Origin: a virus | IMG/VR virus record: IMGVR_UViG_3300027708_000021 | DNA length: 64,000 nt | Reading direction: 5' to 3' (one strand) | Shown: in pieces, positions 10,124 through 19,679 of the stretch | How positions within the stretch are numbered: position 1 is the first letter of the stretch | Layout: each line of letters begins with the position of its first letter | Program-made: the position numbers and the translations under genes | Notes under the pieces: generated by a model | Database searches by the model: none | What the model saw: the letters and a program-made list of their open reading frames with translations, nothing else | What the model was told of the DNA's origin: nothing

Positions 10124-11493
10124 TGACTGATCATGACGCTGTAAAACAAACTATAGAAATCTTCACCCGCACTGATTTATTAGATGAGATAGTCACTCTC
10201 TTAGAGACTTTTGAAAAACACAAAGTAGTACCAAACGATTTACTGGGCAATGATTTATATTGTTTTGGGTATAACAAAGCCAAAAAATTCCTTAAATCCA
10301 TCGAATATGGAGAAAGGGCGTTAGAGCAGGCCAAGTCTATTGAAGAAAAACTAGCAGTATCAGCAAACTTGGCCAAAGTATATCTATCGGCTAACAAGCC
10401 TACCAAGGCGGTGTCAGCATTTAAGTTTATGTCTAATAATATAGACATGGGTGCTGAAGGCATGTTAGATCTTTCAGCGGCATTATTTGCCTGTAATAGA
10501 AAAGATGAATCCTATGAGATACTGAAAAATATAGAAAAAGATCTATGGAAGTATGATGGTACCATGGCCGATTCTATATTATTCAACATGGGTGTACACT
10601 ATATAGCTCAAGGTGATTTTAAAACAGGCATGGAACATCTCTCAATAGGCCGTAAATTAAAAGTATTCGGATCATATTCTAAGGTCACAGATGGATTACC
10701 AGAGTGGGATGGCAAGCCACGCCCAGGCAAACATTTATTATTTGTAGCAGAGGGTGGCATCGGTGACGAAATTATCAATGTAAGATTTGTTAAAAATATC
10801 TTAGCCATGGGTATGACCTGTTCTATAATGTCAGTACATGGCATTACCAGCGTTTATAGTCATCTTGGATTTACTAAGATGATCAATACTAGCCAATACA
10901 ACAAACGAGATTTTGACTACTGGACTCCAATGATGGATTTACCAAAGACATTGAATCTTGACGCTGATCAATTATGGACTGGTCCTTACTTAGAAGCCAA
11001 ACCAGAATATATAGAAAAGTACAAAAATTCTATCACTGGTGATTATAAAGTAGGATTACGCTGGGCAGGCAATGCCAGATATGACCATGAACTACATCGA
11101 ACATTAAATCTACAGAGCATGATAAATGCCATGCCAAAAGACAATGCGTGGTCCTTGTACTCCATACAGCGTGATGTGGGCATGGACCAATTAAAACAGA
11201 ATCCCCGTGTCAAAGATCTCAGTTTGGAACTCAAAACATTTGACGACTTGTTGGGAATCATGTATAATTTAGACTTAATCATCACAAGTTGTACCTCTGT
11301 GGCACATGCCGCTTGTGCCATGGGCAAGAAAACTATTATCCTAGTACCAATTATGGAATATTATACTTGGGCAGAAGGTAAGCCAACAGCTAGTTGGTAT
11401 GGCGACAATTTAAGATTGATTAGACAGGTAACTCCAGAAATTTGGAAAGAAGCATACGCAGAATTAAAAGAAGTACTCAAGGACATCGAATGA
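10120..11493 (+). CDS. TPR-repeat plus GT-B (GT9-like) glycosyltransferase
   Basis: Helical TPR-like N-half; EGGIGDEI, VGLRWAG, LDLIITSCTSVAHAACAMGK. Confidence 0.75.
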   Translation: MMTDHDAVKQTIEIFTRTDLLDEIVTLLETFEKHKVVPNDLLGNDLYCFGYNKAKKFLKSIEYGERALEQAKSIEEKLAVSANLAKVYLSANKPTKAVSAFKFMSNNIDMGAEGMLDLSAALFACNRKDESYEILKNIEKDLWKYDGTMADSILFNMGVHYIAQGDFKTGMEHLSIGRKLKVFGSYSKVTDGLPEWDGKPRPGKHLLFVAEGGIGDEIINVRFVKNILAMGMTCSIMSVHGITSVYSHLGFTKMINTSQYNKRDFDYWTPMMDLPKTLNLDADQLWTGPYLEAKPEYIEKYKNSITGDYKVGLRWAGNARYDHELHRTLNLQSMINAMPKDNAWSLYSIQRDVGMDQLKQNPRVKDLSLELKTFDDLLGIMYNLDLIITSCTSVAHAACAMGKKTIILVPIMEYYTWAEGKPTASWYGDNLRLIRQVTPEIWKEAYAELKEVLKDIE

Positions 11494-14309
11494 AAAAAAC
11501 TATTGGATTCGTAACATCGGGATTAAAATTTAACGGACATACTGTTAATGAAAAAGCATTAGGCGGATCTGAATCAGCACTGATCTACATGGCTAGAGAA
11601 ATGTTCAAGCTGGGCAATGATGTAGTAGTATATTGCGAATGCGATGTCCCAGGTTGGTACGATGGCGTGGAATATCGCACAGTAGATCAATACACCAACG
11701 ATAACAAAGCACAGTTTGATACATTAATTGTAAGTAGATTTACAGATTTCCTAGCACTACCAGTTGACAGTAAGATGAATATCCTGTGGTGTCATGATAT
11801 CGATACTAATAATTTTAGAGATGCAATAGGTTGTACTGACAGAGTATTTTGTCTTAGCGAGTTCCATAAGTCTTTATTTGTTAAAAACTATGACATTGAT
11901 CCGACAAATTATGTATGGAAGACTTCTAATGGATATGATCAAGAGATTGTTACAGAGTATGTACCATACGAACAGAAGAAAAATAACTATATCTATGCTA
12001 GCCGTCCTGAGCGTGGCTTAAAATTATTACTGGAAAAGATATGGCCCGAGATCATCGAGCGTAATCCCGATGCGACCTTACATATCTGTACCTACGAACA
12101 TTCATTATCACTACCAGAGGATGTTAAAAAGATACACAAAGAAGTAGAAGACCTATTAGAGTACAGTCGTAATATTAAACAGATTGGTCACTTGCCCAAG
12201 CGTGAGTTTTATGAATTATTGTCTAATTGTGCTTACATGGTATATCCAACGAACTTCCCGGAGATTTCTTGTATCAGTGCCATAGAAGCACAATACAACG
12301 GATGCTTGGTCATCACCACAGATGAATTTGCCATGTCAGAGACCGTAAAGACTGACACTAAAGTCAAGGTCACGGACGACTACGGAACCGTAGACTATGT
12401 AACAAAATTCTTAGCACATTTGGACAAGTACCAAGATGATGTATATGAAGCTGAAGTAGCTAAGGCTAAAAAAGCCATACTACCATATGCTTGGGAGAGA
12501 GTGGCAAAATCCTGGAACTCCGAGATAGATTTCATGTTCAACAAGAGACATGAAAAATACAAAGACAAAATCCTTGACCAATTGGTTTATAATTCTGACA
12601 TTGTAGCCGCTTGGAAATTAACAGGTGACCAGAAATATCGCGATATGTTGGATCAAGGCGAAAAAGATAACTTAACTATTTCCGATTTTACTCCTGTAGC
12701 CAAAGATGAAGATGCTTATCTTAGCGGTCGGGGAATGAAATTAATCGAGCTAGTCCAGAATGAAATTGAGATGTTCCCTAGCAAAAAGTTAAAAATCCTT
12801 GATTTAGGCAGTAATGACGGCATACTTTCGTTACCACTCATGAAGAGATTCGCTGATAATATTGAAGTATTGACTATGTATGATTCGTCTCAGGGTGTAT
12901 TGGACCATGTAAAATCACAGTACAAAACAAAATACCCGCAGATAAATTATATCGTAGATGATGTAAGAAATGTATTGACTTATGACTTACAACCTGACAT
13001 CGTACTCGTTGGCGAATTATTAGAACACATCGAAGACACACAACAGTTCCTTGATTTCTTAATGAAACTTGCTAATAAGAATACATTATTTTATTTTACT
13101 GTACCCATGGGCCCTTGGGAACACATGGTCAAGAGAAAAAAATTAGAAATACATCATGTACATCACTTTGAATTGAATGACTTACATGCTATATTTAAAA
13201 ATGTTGACTTGTCTATAGCTAAAAACGCACACAGTACCAAAGGTCGTAAGGGTGAAATGTGTAGCAACTGGATGTTCTGGTTTACAGCTAGCAAGGATGA
13301 CGACATCGAGTTTGGCTATGTTGACTACGAAGACAAATGGCTCAAGACCAGACCATATAAAACTATATCTACTTGTATGATCGTATGCAACGAAGAAGAT
13401 AATCTCAGTCGTTGTTTGAAAACTGTTACTGATTTTTCTGATGAGATCATTATTGTAGACACAGGATCAACCGATGATACCAAGTATATCGCAGGTAAAT
13501 TCACTGACAAGATCTATGATTTAAAGTGGGAAGAAGAGGATGGCCTTGGCAACTTTGCCAGAGCTAGAAACTACTCTATCAGCCTTGCTACAGGGGATTA
13601 TATCTTTTGGATTGACGCGGATGAACAACTAGAAAATAGTATGGCCCTACAAAAATATATTATCAGCGATTATTACGACGGTATCTTATTGCGTCAAGTA
13701 CAGGCCATGAGTAAGAAAGCGCATGACAACGGAGTCAATGTGGATGTTATGCATGATAGATTTTTTAGAAACAATATAGGCATTAAGTTCACTGGTGTCA
13801 TACATGAATATCCTAGTAGAGATGACGAACATTTCCTAGGTTATAAGATGTTCTGGCAGGATCATATCTATGTCACCCACTACGGTCTGGCAAATCAGGA
13901 GACATTAAAGCGCAAAGCCATAGGAAGAAACGCTAATCTGATATATAAGAATGTAAGAACATACCCTAAACGAGTATTTGCTAGACACTATATCATGGTG
14001 GATTACTGGAGTCAGTTTATCACAGGACATCCAACTCCAGACATGACATGGTTAGAAAAAGGTATGGACATATGGCATAATGACTTGAAGAAATGCGGTG
14101 ATGATTGGACTATCCGATTGTCGCTGGGAGTACTACAGCATTTCTATAGCTATTGTGCCGCAAATGGTATCGCCTTCAAAGGTAAATTGCCCGAGAAGGT
14201 AGCTTTCCAGAATGGAGAAAACGGCGAGATGATAGATTTCTTTGTTGTTGATCCTGAAGAAGAAAGTGATTTTTTCTTGAAATATCTCGCAAATTTCAAG
14301 AGACCTTAA
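11490..14309 (+). CDS. Multidomain GT4-like glycosyltransferase / class I methyltransferase / GT2 glycosyltransferase
   Basis: Start taken at the ATGA overlap (11490). GT4: LGGSESA, YASRPERGL, FPEISCISAIEAQ. MTase: ILDLGSNDG. GT2: CMIVCNEE, IVDTGSTDDT, NFARARN, WIDADE, GVIHE. Confidence 0.85.
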   Translation: MKKTIGFVTSGLKFNGHTVNEKALGGSESALIYMAREMFKLGNDVVVYCECDVPGWYDGVEYRTVDQYTNDNKAQFDTLIVSRFTDFLALPVDSKMNILWCHDIDTNNFRDAIGCTDRVFCLSEFHKSLFVKNYDIDPTNYVWKTSNGYDQEIVTEYVPYEQKKNNYIYASRPERGLKLLLEKIWPEIIERNPDATLHICTYEHSLSLPEDVKKIHKEVEDLLEYSRNIKQIGHLPKREFYELLSNCAYMVYPTNFPEISCISAIEAQYNGCLVITTDEFAMSETVKTDTKVKVTDDYGTVDYVTKFLAHLDKYQDDVYEAEVAKAKKAILPYAWERVAKSWNSEIDFMFNKRHEKYKDKILDQLVYNSDIVAAWKLTGDQKYRDMLDQGEKDNLTISDFTPVAKDEDAYLSGRGMKLIELVQNEIEMFPSKKLKILDLGSNDGILSLPLMKRFADNIEVLTMYDSSQGVLDHVKSQYKTKYPQINYIVDDVRNVLTYDLQPDIVLVGELLEHIEDTQQFLDFLMKLANKNTLFYFTVPMGPWEHMVKRKKLEIHHVHHFELNDLHAIFKNVDLSIAKNAHSTKGRKGEMCSNWMFWFTASKDDDIEFGYVDYEDKWLKTRPYKTISTCMIVCNEEDNLSRCLKTVTDFSDEIIIVDTGSTDDTKYIAGKFTDKIYDLKWEEEDGLGNFARARNYSISLATGDYIFWIDADEQLENSMALQKYIISDYYDGILLRQVQAMSKKAHDNGVNVDVMHDRFFRNNIGIKFTGVIHEYPSRDDEHFLGYKMFWQDHIYVTHYGLANQETLKRKAIGRNANLIYKNVRTYPKRVFARHYIMVDYWSQFITGHPTPDMTWLEKGMDIWHNDLKKCGDDWTIRLSLGVLQHFYSYCAANGIAFKGKLPEKVAFQNGENGEMIDFFVVDPEEESDFFLKYLANFKRP

Positions 14310-14326
14310 TTAAAAAGGAAATAAAC

Positions 14327-14581
14327 ATGTATTATGCAAAAATAGTTGATGGACAATTTTTAGGTAGAGTTAATGTAGCTGATGAAACACCTGGTGTACA
14401 TTTTGCCACAGAGCCTACTCCTGAGCAGTTAGCACCATATAATTTAGTAATTGTTTTTGATGCGCCTATACTGCCAACTTACGACCCAGAAACACAAACA
14501 CTAGCTGAAGTCAATCCTACAGTAGGCGGGGATGGACACTGGTATGCTACTTACGAAGTCGTTGATAAAACAACACCTTAA
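14327..14581 (+). CDS. Small acidic protein, possible tail-fibre accessory/chaperone
   Basis: AAGGA RBS; PTYDPETQ motif typical of phage fibre-associated proteins. Confidence 0.45.
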   Translation: MYYAKIVDGQFLGRVNVADETPGVHFATEPTPEQLAPYNLVIVFDAPILPTYDPETQTLAEVNPTVGGDGHWYATYEVVDKTTP

Positions 14582-14598
14582 TATTATAAAGGAAAACA

Positions 14599-15438
14599 AT
14601 GTCACAGCGTATATTAATCATGGGCCTACCTGGCTCAGGTAAAACTACCTTAGCAGGAGAACTTAAAACGTACTTGGAAAAGCACGGTGATATGAGTTAC
14701 GGTCGTGCTCTTAATGAACACATTGGTAGTTTTGGCTGCGAAGTAAATTGGTTTAATGCCGATGACATCCGCAGAAAATACAACGACTGGGATTTTTCTA
14801 ATGATGGCCGTATCCGTCAAAGTATCCGTATGTTCCAGTTTAGTATGGAATCGGGCGGTGATTATGTAATCTGTGACTTTGTAGCTCCTTTAGTTGAAAT
14901 GCGTAACAACTTCAAGGCCGACTGGACTATCTGGGTAGACACTATCCGCGAAGGTCGTTATGCTGATACCAATGCGGCATTTGTTGAACCTGAACAATAT
15001 GATTTTAGAATCACAGAACAAAACGCAGAAAAATGGGCAGAGTTTATCGGTCAACACATTATTGATAATCGCCGCCGTCCTCGATTTGACTGGCAGAAAG
15101 AAACAGTACAGATGCTAGGCAGGTGGCAACCGTTTCACGATGGACATAAGGCGTTATTTGAAAGATTAATTGCTCGAACAGGACAAGTAGTGATACAAAT
15201 CCGTGACTGTCAAGGTTGGCAAGGATCTAACCCATTCGCTATAGAACAAGTTAAAAAATTTATCCGTAGAGAGTTAGATCCTGTATATCAAGGGCAGTAT
15301 GAAATACAAGTAGTGCCTAATATTGTACACATTGGATACGGGCGTGGGGTAGGGTACACTATAGAACAGGAAGTGTTTGATGACGAAACACACGATATCA
15401 GTGCTACAAAGATTCGTAAAGAGCTGGGCCTTAAATAA
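14599..15438 (+). CDS. cysC: Adenylylsulfate kinase-like domain fused to a HIGH-family nucleotidyltransferase domain
   Basis: P-loop GLPGSGKTT, NADDIR, WDFS..GR; C-domain GRWQPFHDGH and ISATKIR. Confidence 0.75.
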   Translation: MSQRILIMGLPGSGKTTLAGELKTYLEKHGDMSYGRALNEHIGSFGCEVNWFNADDIRRKYNDWDFSNDGRIRQSIRMFQFSMESGGDYVICDFVAPLVEMRNNFKADWTIWVDTIREGRYADTNAAFVEPEQYDFRITEQNAEKWAEFIGQHIIDNRRRPRFDWQKETVQMLGRWQPFHDGHKALFERLIARTGQVVIQIRDCQGWQGSNPFAIEQVKKFIRRELDPVYQGQYEIQVVPNIVHIGYGRGVGYTIEQEVFDDETHDISATKIRKELGLK

Positions 15439-15643
15439 TAGCGAGACTGCTTGGCGTAGTCTTGTTAAGGCCTATTCTTATCGTTGTTGCGGAACCGTAA
15501 CTACAATCGTAATTTCTTATGTGATCACTGGCGAATTTATTCTTAGTCTAGGTATAGGTGCTACAGAAATGATTATTAAACCGTTTATTTACTGGTCCCA
15601 TGAAAGAGTCTGGAGCCGTATTAAATGGGGCAAAAACAATTAA
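15380..15643 (+). CDS. DUF2061-like small membrane protein
   Basis: ET..RSLVKAYSYR...YWSHERVWSRIKWG; start uncertain (ATG 15380 preceded by AGGAAG). Confidence 0.7.
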   Translation: MTKHTISVLQRFVKSWALNNSETAWRSLVKAYSYRCCGTVTTIVISYVITGEFILSLGIGATEMIIKPFIYWSHERVWSRIKWGKNN

Positions 15644-15672
15644 CTGGGCATATAATTAACTAAGTAAATTTA

Positions 15673-15702
15673 ACTCCTGACTCGATGGAGTATAAAATCG
15701 AG
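15673..15702 (+). ncRNA. Candidate H-type RNA pseudoknot in an intergenic/3' UTR region
   Basis: S1 ACTCC/GGAGT, S2 CTCGAT/ATCGAG, L1 TGA, L3 ATAAA. Confidence 0.4.
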
Positions 15703-15739
15703 CTGGTGGGTCGGCAAACTCGGTATAATAAAAACAATC

Positions 15740-15760
15740 AAGCACATTATGTGCTTTTTT
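15740..15760 (+). terminator. Rho-independent terminator ending the modification cassette
   Basis: AAGCACA-TTA-TGTGCTT followed by a T-run. Confidence 0.7.
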
Positions 15761-15788
15761 GTTGACAAACATTTCGCTAAATATAGAT

Positions 15789-16451
15789 ATGGAAGCTAGA
15801 TATAGAAAAGATTACCCGGGCGAATTTGTTATTTTAGAATCCAAATGGGCCGGTGGTAAAAAACACGAAAAACGCGAATGGATTGAAAATCCTATCATAA
15901 ATCAACACCTATCTGGTAGAGCCGCAGTTATCGGTAGTAGTGAAAGCAGAGATAGATTTGATTATAAAGTATTAGAAGGTCATCGTGGCGGCTTGTTGGG
16001 TTCGTTAAAATTACAAACATACGGCACAGCAAAAATTGCTTTAGATATGCGTTTAGATTTTGCTGTAGATACTGATTACAATAATCTTATTCCTTTGGTC
16101 GAAAGCAAATATACAGAAAATAATATTGTATATACAACTAGTAAGAACTGTCTTAAACAGCCAGGCGAATTTTATTTAACACCATTAAATCCACATTTAT
16201 GTACAGCCGTACTGCCAATATATCTTGCTGCATTCGATGGACATAAAGAAATTTACATGTTAGGTTACGATAAAGAAACAGAGGCTGGACAGTCTGATTG
16301 GATTGATCAAGTTACCAGATTAATGAATGCTTATGCTGGCACACTTTTTATTATGGTTGGTAATAAACTGAATATGCCAGATGCTTGGTTGTCTTGCCCT
16401 AATACTAAAAACTTAGATTTTAGAGACTTTGTAACTCACTGCGATGTTTGA
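15789..16451 (+). CDS. Maf/DUF115-like (sialyltransferase-like fold) protein
   Basis: AAVIGSSESR and LAAFDGHKEIYMLGYD; ATG 15789 lies 5 nt after TAAATA (15778-15783). Confidence 0.5.
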   Translation: MEARYRKDYPGEFVILESKWAGGKKHEKREWIENPIINQHLSGRAAVIGSSESRDRFDYKVLEGHRGGLLGSLKLQTYGTAKIALDMRLDFAVDTDYNNLIPLVESKYTENNIVYTTSKNCLKQPGEFYLTPLNPHLCTAVLPIYLAAFDGHKEIYMLGYDKETEAGQSDWIDQVTRLMNAYAGTLFIMVGNKLNMPDAWLSCPNTKNLDFRDFVTHCDV

Positions 16452-16885
16452 AGCTGTTGTTGTATAATAGAAATTTTATTTTGTACTGCTTCAAAATTTA
16501 TAGTTGACCATAACCCCGGATGTAGTGGTTTAGGCCAAGTTCCTGAATCAATCCAAGCATACCCTGAATGTTCGTCATTTAATCTAGGACTAAATTCAGT
16601 CGCCACAACACAGAAAAAAGTGTTATAAGCAAATCCACCGTCAGCACTTGTAAATTTCTCCAATGGTATTAATTTAATATAATCGGGCATACTGCCAATT
16701 TCTTCTTCGCACTCGCGAACCATGGCCGCCATAATGCTTTCTCCTGATTCCATTTTGCCACCTGGAAGACCCCACGAGTCTGGATGTTTTGGATCATTGC
16801 GAACCAAGTACAAATAACGATTGGTCGATTGACTATAGAACCAAATCCCAACAGCGTTGACTATTTTTAGATTATTAGCGACCAT
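16436..16885 (-). CDS. Nudix hydrolase
   Basis: Nudix box GGKMESGESIMAAMVRECEEEIG. Confidence 0.9.
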   Translation of the reverse strand: MVANNLKIVNAVGIWFYSQSTNRYLYLVRNDPKHPDSWGLPGGKMESGESIMAAMVRECEEEIGSMPDYIKLIPLEKFTSADGGFAYNTFFCVVATEFSPRLNDEHSGYAWIDSGTWPKPLHPGLWSTINFEAVQNKISIIQQQLQTSQ

Positions 16886-18267
16886 TGGCCACCTGGATAG
16901 AGACCTTGATATGATTTAACCCAAGTGTCACCTGTCCACTTGTATTGAATTTCGGTTGTGATATTTGTAACATATTGTGTATTTACAGGACTAGATTCAG
17001 CACTAAAAGAAACTAGCCATTGACTGCCATCGTACTGAATAATATCATTACGATGTGCTACTAATACCTGGCCACTGGTACCAGTCCATGCTTGTGCGTA
17101 ACCATTGTCGCTGCCAGTATCGTCGGTTAGCAAATAGCGTTGCCCTACAGCGGCCGCTGGCAATCCATATCCTGGTCCGCTTACTAATGGATTGATAACC
17201 GAGCCCACTGGTGACAATGTGTTAGGCGGAATAGATTCTTCGATGATAGTAAACAATAAAAATTGATCATTCGTTGGGTCAAATGCCACAGTACCAAATA
17301 CTTGGTTGCCATCTTCTTGATTAAGAGCAATCATACTAATACCTGAACGCAATGTTCCATACATGTTGACCACTGGCGTCCAATTTAGATTGCTTGGCTC
17401 TACTGGATCAGGCGGCGGTAATTCATTATTTGATTCGTCTACAACTGCTGATCTAGCTAGAATTTGTAATTTGTTTCCAATTAATACAACTTGGTATCCG
17501 TATGGAGTGATATACTGACGAGTGCCCAATAACAAATCGTTATTGCGAATAGCATTGACCATGTCACCTTTACCGTCGTAGATGCTGGCAATGATAGTTT
17601 CTACAACACCAAGTTTCTTAACTTTAGCAGGTAATGATAACCATACAGGCAAGGCAAATTTAATGGTAGCAATATCAATAGGATCTTCTGTGCCCATGGG
17701 AATACTACGACTGCTCCAACCTGTAGATACTAGTTCTACTATACTTAAACTAGTCCAGTCCATAAAACTATCTGAACTTTGTATTTCTAAACTTGGGTTA
17801 AACAATGGTAATATTTGTTCTAATAACTGCATTTTTTGATTGGTGTTGCTGGTCCAAATATCTAAGTTAATTGATAATTTATACGGCGCCGGCATATAAC
17901 GCTCAATTTGAAAAGCGTTACCTTGTGTAGTTTCATATGTTCCTGTGGCCTGATCATACTCACGCTGGCGGATAGATTTATTATCAACATAAGTTGGATT
18001 CTGCATGCGTGGACGATCAAAGTCTAGGCCTGTGATATAAAATGTCATCAATGGGGTACTGGGCATATTACTAGCACTATTTTCTTGTAGGATGACTTGT
18101 GCTTGTCGAGTAGCATCTCCATAACGCACAGGCACACGATATAATGTGTCGCCGGTGTTAGCAGCTCCTGCTTCGTTGCGACCAAACTCTACTTGAAAGC
18201 CTGAAAACATACGAGCAAATTGAATTAGGTAGCGACGTATCTGTTCGTCGAAAAAATATTGTTGCAT
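16867..18267 (-). CDS. Tail completion/terminator protein (T4 gp15-like) with C-terminal extension
   Basis: VPVRYG, PAPYKLSINLDIWT, QLLEQILPLFNP. Confidence 0.7.
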   Translation of the reverse strand: MQQYFFDEQIRRYLIQFARMFSGFQVEFGRNEAGAANTGDTLYRVPVRYGDATRQAQVILQENSASNMPSTPLMTFYITGLDFDRPRMQNPTYVDNKSIRQREYDQATGTYETTQGNAFQIERYMPAPYKLSINLDIWTSNTNQKMQLLEQILPLFNPSLEIQSSDSFMDWTSLSIVELVSTGWSSRSIPMGTEDPIDIATIKFALPVWLSLPAKVKKLGVVETIIASIYDGKGDMVNAIRNNDLLLGTRQYITPYGYQVVLIGNKLQILARSAVVDESNNELPPPDPVEPSNLNWTPVVNMYGTLRSGISMIALNQEDGNQVFGTVAFDPTNDQFLLFTIIEESIPPNTLSPVGSVINPLVSGPGYGLPAAAVGQRYLLTDDTGSDNGYAQAWTGTSGQVLVAHRNDIIQYDGSQWLVSFSAESSPVNTQYVTNITTEIQYKWTGDTWVKSYQGLYPGGQWSLII

Positions 18268-18269
18268 TA

Positions 18270-19619
18270 TTATCCTGGGGGTCTTGTTTTGCGCGGTAAA
18301 TTGCCGCCTTGGTTACCATTGTCGGCTTCTGGTTTAAGTAATTCAGACAATGATTGACGGCTTGGTATATTACCTTGATCTGATGTGGATACAGTATATG
18401 GATTATTAACAAAGGAACTACGCTGAGTTTTATTCTCGAGTCCCCAGTCGATAGGTGTACGAACATCATCGGATATAGCGGTCCACATTACACCACTGTA
18501 ACGGAATAAACGATTTGGAAAATAATCTAAACGCAAGCAATAATCTCCTGTATTTGGTCTTGGCGGAAAACTAACACCTGGGGTCACTGGTAATCCATTT
18601 GGCGCCATCTTATCGCCAGTTAAGTAGCCCATGGTATAGCCAAATGACTTGGGAGTTTCGCCCTCGCCTTGTTGTGTGTTGTCTACTGTAGGACCTGCTG
18701 TATCGGTAAATAATCCTTCGCTACTAGGCTGACCTTCTGGCGTAGTTGGTAAGATATAAAAACTAACATTATCATAACCTGACAATGGGACATCTGCGTT
18801 AGCTTGTACTACTAGCGCATCATTGATTGCTAAATCTTTGTTACGGGTACTATTAGCATCGCCTAATGTAGTTGGTTTTACAATTAACGCCCAATAGTTT
18901 GGATCAGTGATATCTGTACCAGGCGGAACATTAGCTTTAGCTTCGTAGTATTGATCGCCTGACTTAACTACATCGCCGCGAGGATAAAAATTACCATTGT
19001 CCCAGATGTTATCAGGCATGAATGGTTGATCCATGATCTGTTTATATTCTTGAGCATTAACCATTGGGGTGGCTTTGACTCGCCAAGTATGTGGAAGCCA
19101 AGTTTGACTGAACCCTTCTGTGGCGTAGCTAGCATCTTGAATTACATAATATTTAGGTAATGCTCTGGTAATATTACTATTCAATGGATAATAATCTTTG
19201 AGATTGGGTAATTCAAGAACATCGCCAGCCATCAATTTACGGCCATAAGTATCGATCATATCATTATAATGAAATGTAATGTATAATGTATCATTGTTTA
19301 AAAATAAGCCAAATTGTGTTAAATTAAAATCAATATCGTTCTGGGTGTAAACGCCACGCATGATATAAATGTTAGGATCATAAGCACGATCACGATTTTC
19401 TAATAACAATAAATCTTCAATAAACAAAGGATTTTCCGAAGTATAAACCGGTAAGGTAGCATCTTTGTTTCCTGGATTATCGGTAGTATCTACGATAGGC
19501 CCCATGTATTTGTGTACAAAGACATCCAGTCCGCCCACAGTATAGCGTTCGGAAATTGTGCGATCCAAAAATTGGTAATCTGCGGTTCTATTAGGTCTGT
19601 AAAGTGACAATCTAGGCAT
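18270..19619 (-). CDS. Neck protein (T4 gp14-like) with inserted CBM5/12-like module
   Basis: LTQFGLFLNNDTLYITF, GDVLELP; adjacent to the gp15-like gene; TAAATA on the minus strand at 19626-19631. Confidence 0.6.
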   Translation of the reverse strand: MPRLSLYRPNRTADYQFLDRTISERYTVGGLDVFVHKYMGPIVDTTDNPGNKDATLPVYTSENPLFIEDLLLLENRDRAYDPNIYIMRGVYTQNDIDFNLTQFGLFLNNDTLYITFHYNDMIDTYGRKLMAGDVLELPNLKDYYPLNSNITRALPKYYVIQDASYATEGFSQTWLPHTWRVKATPMVNAQEYKQIMDQPFMPDNIWDNGNFYPRGDVVKSGDQYYEAKANVPPGTDITDPNYWALIVKPTTLGDANSTRNKDLAINDALVVQANADVPLSGYDNVSFYILPTTPEGQPSSEGLFTDTAGPTVDNTQQGEGETPKSFGYTMGYLTGDKMAPNGLPVTPGVSFPPRPNTGDYCLRLDYFPNRLFRYSGVMWTAISDDVRTPIDWGLENKTQRSSFVNNPYTVSTSDQGNIPSRQSLSELLKPEADNGNQGGNLPRKTRPPG

Positions 19620-19643
19620 AATAAGTATTTAGTTCGCCAAAGG

Positions 19644-19672
19644 TTGACTAGTAATTCCCAATACTATATAAT
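19644..19672 (+). promoter_or_regulatory. sigma70-type early promoter
   Basis: TTGACT-17-TATAAT; ATG 7 nt downstream. Confidence 0.7.
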
Positions 19673-19679
19673 TACTGTT

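Noticed and set aside
15666-15702. -1 frameshift signal (AAATTTA plus pseudoknot), or a pistol, preQ1 or fluoride RNA
   Set aside because: There is no spacer between the heptamer and the stem, and the site is not inside an ORF. The conserved cores of those RNA classes are not present in the right order.
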